Origin: Octopus vulgaris
Lineage: Eukaryota
Reading direction: 5' to 3'
Length of the DNA stretch: 64,000 bases
Assembly (NCBI GenBank): GCA_951406725.2
Contig: OX597829.1
Location: 40,796,001 to 40,860,000, forward strand
Shown: in pieces, positions 62,342-64,000 of the stretch
How positions within the stretch are numbered: the first letter of the stretch is position 1
How the letters are laid out: each line of letters opens with the position of its first letter
Position numbers and translations under genes: made by a program
The notes under the pieces: generated by a model
Seen by the model: the letters and a program-made list of their open reading frames with translations, nothing else
Database searches by the model: none
What the model was told of the DNA's origin: nothing

Positions 62342-64000
62342 TGTTTCTTTATTAGCCACACAGGGCTGGACACAGACGGGACAAATTTCAAAGTAGAGCT
62401 TTTCTTTTTGGGGTGAAAGAAACAAGTGGGATAGGTTTTCGATCAAAAGGGATCGTAAAGGGGGGGGGGGGAGAAAAGAAAAGAAGGAAAGAAAAAAGAA
62501 AAGAAAAAAACGATCAATAGGGATCATGTATCACAGAAATGTCATGATGTAAAGTGTAAAGGGGGAAACAGTTGAGGTTTATTCATGGAAATAAAAGCCT
62601 ACTGAAAAGACCACAGTAACTTCGGTCATTAATGTCACATGTTAACACATTTATTTGCAAGTAAGTAACTCTCTGTTTTAAAATTTTCCGCTTCATACGA
62701 TTATGCTCAAGGTGGCTTCGTCATTCATACGTGCTATCCTTGCTACATTCACCCATCTTTTTTTGAAACATTCGCTAGACAAAACTTGCCTCTCTACTCT
62801 CACTTTCCTTTTCAAGTGATACTTGAAGAAGTTGATGAGAGATTGACCAGAGAGGAAAGTGTTTGTCTCCAATCCTTTCAGACACGTCCACTAGATCTTT
62901 CGCCATAGCTACAAGGATGATGAAAATAGCTCTTCCTTTCCGTTTGAATGAAGGAGGCGTGACAATATTGACGATAGACTTGGCTGATAAACCGACTCGT
63001 CCCACACGTGACAGCAGTCGTTCGACATAAGCCCACAATCAGAAATTATTGGTCACTGCACGAGTGCGTGCAGAACGATTTCGTCGCTCTGACTGCATCT
63101 CGGGCAGGTCGGCCCCGTGTCTGTAGAGCTTATCTCGAACGGGTAGCGCTTTTCTGTAGCACTGCCAGGCCAGGGATCTCTGGAAGTTCTATATAGGTCC
63201 TGGCCTGAAAGTTGTCCTGAACAAGCGGGTCAGGTATTCCTCGTCGCCCCGAGCTTGTCGTCGTACCTCACCTCCAATAATCTTCTATAGAATGCTTTGG
63301 TTGTGTTGAAGTCGCTCAAGGACGACCCGGGACGGCATAGTTGCTTGAGAGCAACGCGACAGTCGCGGTGCCAATCGCCCTATCTCGGCCTCTTTTTGAT
63401 CCACGACTGCAGTTCAGTCATGGAGAAGAGTTGCGGGAAGGCGTGCCTCACAAACGGCGACCACACCTGTTCACCGTCGTCTACGATATGTATATAGATA
63501 GATATGTATGAAATGTCGCATCAACGACGGCATGCCCAGTCCTCCTTTTAACGGGTGTTGACAGCAAATGGATTGCCTGACCATCGGGACGCATCCTTTC
63601 CACAAAAAGCAGAAGAGAATGAGTTCTAGTTTGGTGATGGTAGGGTCGGGACAAGGCACGGCGGTCAGGCGGTAGTAGATGACGGACGCGATGTACGTGT
63701 TCACCACCTCCGCCCGACCTTTTAGGGACAGTTTCCTCTCGGCCCATTGCCGGGCGAGAGTGACCCCCCTACTCGTTATCTCCTTCAGTTCTTCTCCATT
63801 TGGAGGTCCGGATCAAACCTGACCCCGAGCAACTCGACCGGACCGTCGGTCCAGCGTCCCACGACGGAGGCGCTGGTGGACGGCATGAGCTTGCTTCTCC
63901 AGGTGCCGAGCCGCAAGCCACCGACTTTTCCCGGTTGATTTTCGCTCCTGTTACCGCTTCGTAGTTTTGCAGTGTCTCGCCGACCAGCTCGATGTGCTCG
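62341..64000 (-). mobile_element. Decayed Tx1/L1-clade LINE ORF2 3' part plus 3'UTR (runs off the window)
   Basis: RKLSLKGRAEVVNTYI..FLWKG..GGLGMP; knuckle CPRCSQSDEIVLHALVQ* near 63055-63110; ORF ends about 62693; AATAAAG then (TCTA)n. Confidence 0.88.

Overview
AT-rich, microsatellite-dense eukaryotic DNA with no intact protein-coding gene, rRNA, true tRNA or CRISPR that I can support. The SINE families look like those of an Octopus (coleoid cephalopod) genome; this is recognition, not a database result. Most of the window is repeats: at least four tRNA-headed SINE families (my labels A, B, D, E), two RTE-type LINE families, a Tx1/L1-clade LINE 3' part, an RLE-type (R4/Dong-like) fragment, a decayed Neptune-like Penelope element (RT + GIY-YIG), two mariner relics and three piggyBac-type MITEs. 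Most ORFs in the supplied track are microsatellite translations. A possible minus-strand transcript 5' end lies at about 80-2570. Main observations: (1) several unrelated short repeat families with hammerhead-ribozyme-like motifs occur as head-to-head inverted pairs or palindromes, mostly beside (TA)n tracts; one copy at 56549-56601 has an intact core. (2) SINE A shares its 3' terminal 42 bp with the Tx1 LINE, whose two copies both end in (GATA)n. (3) One RTE family has a PHD-type zinc finger inside its reverse transcriptase. Repeat boundaries are read by eye and are approximate unless a TSD or TIR is quoted.
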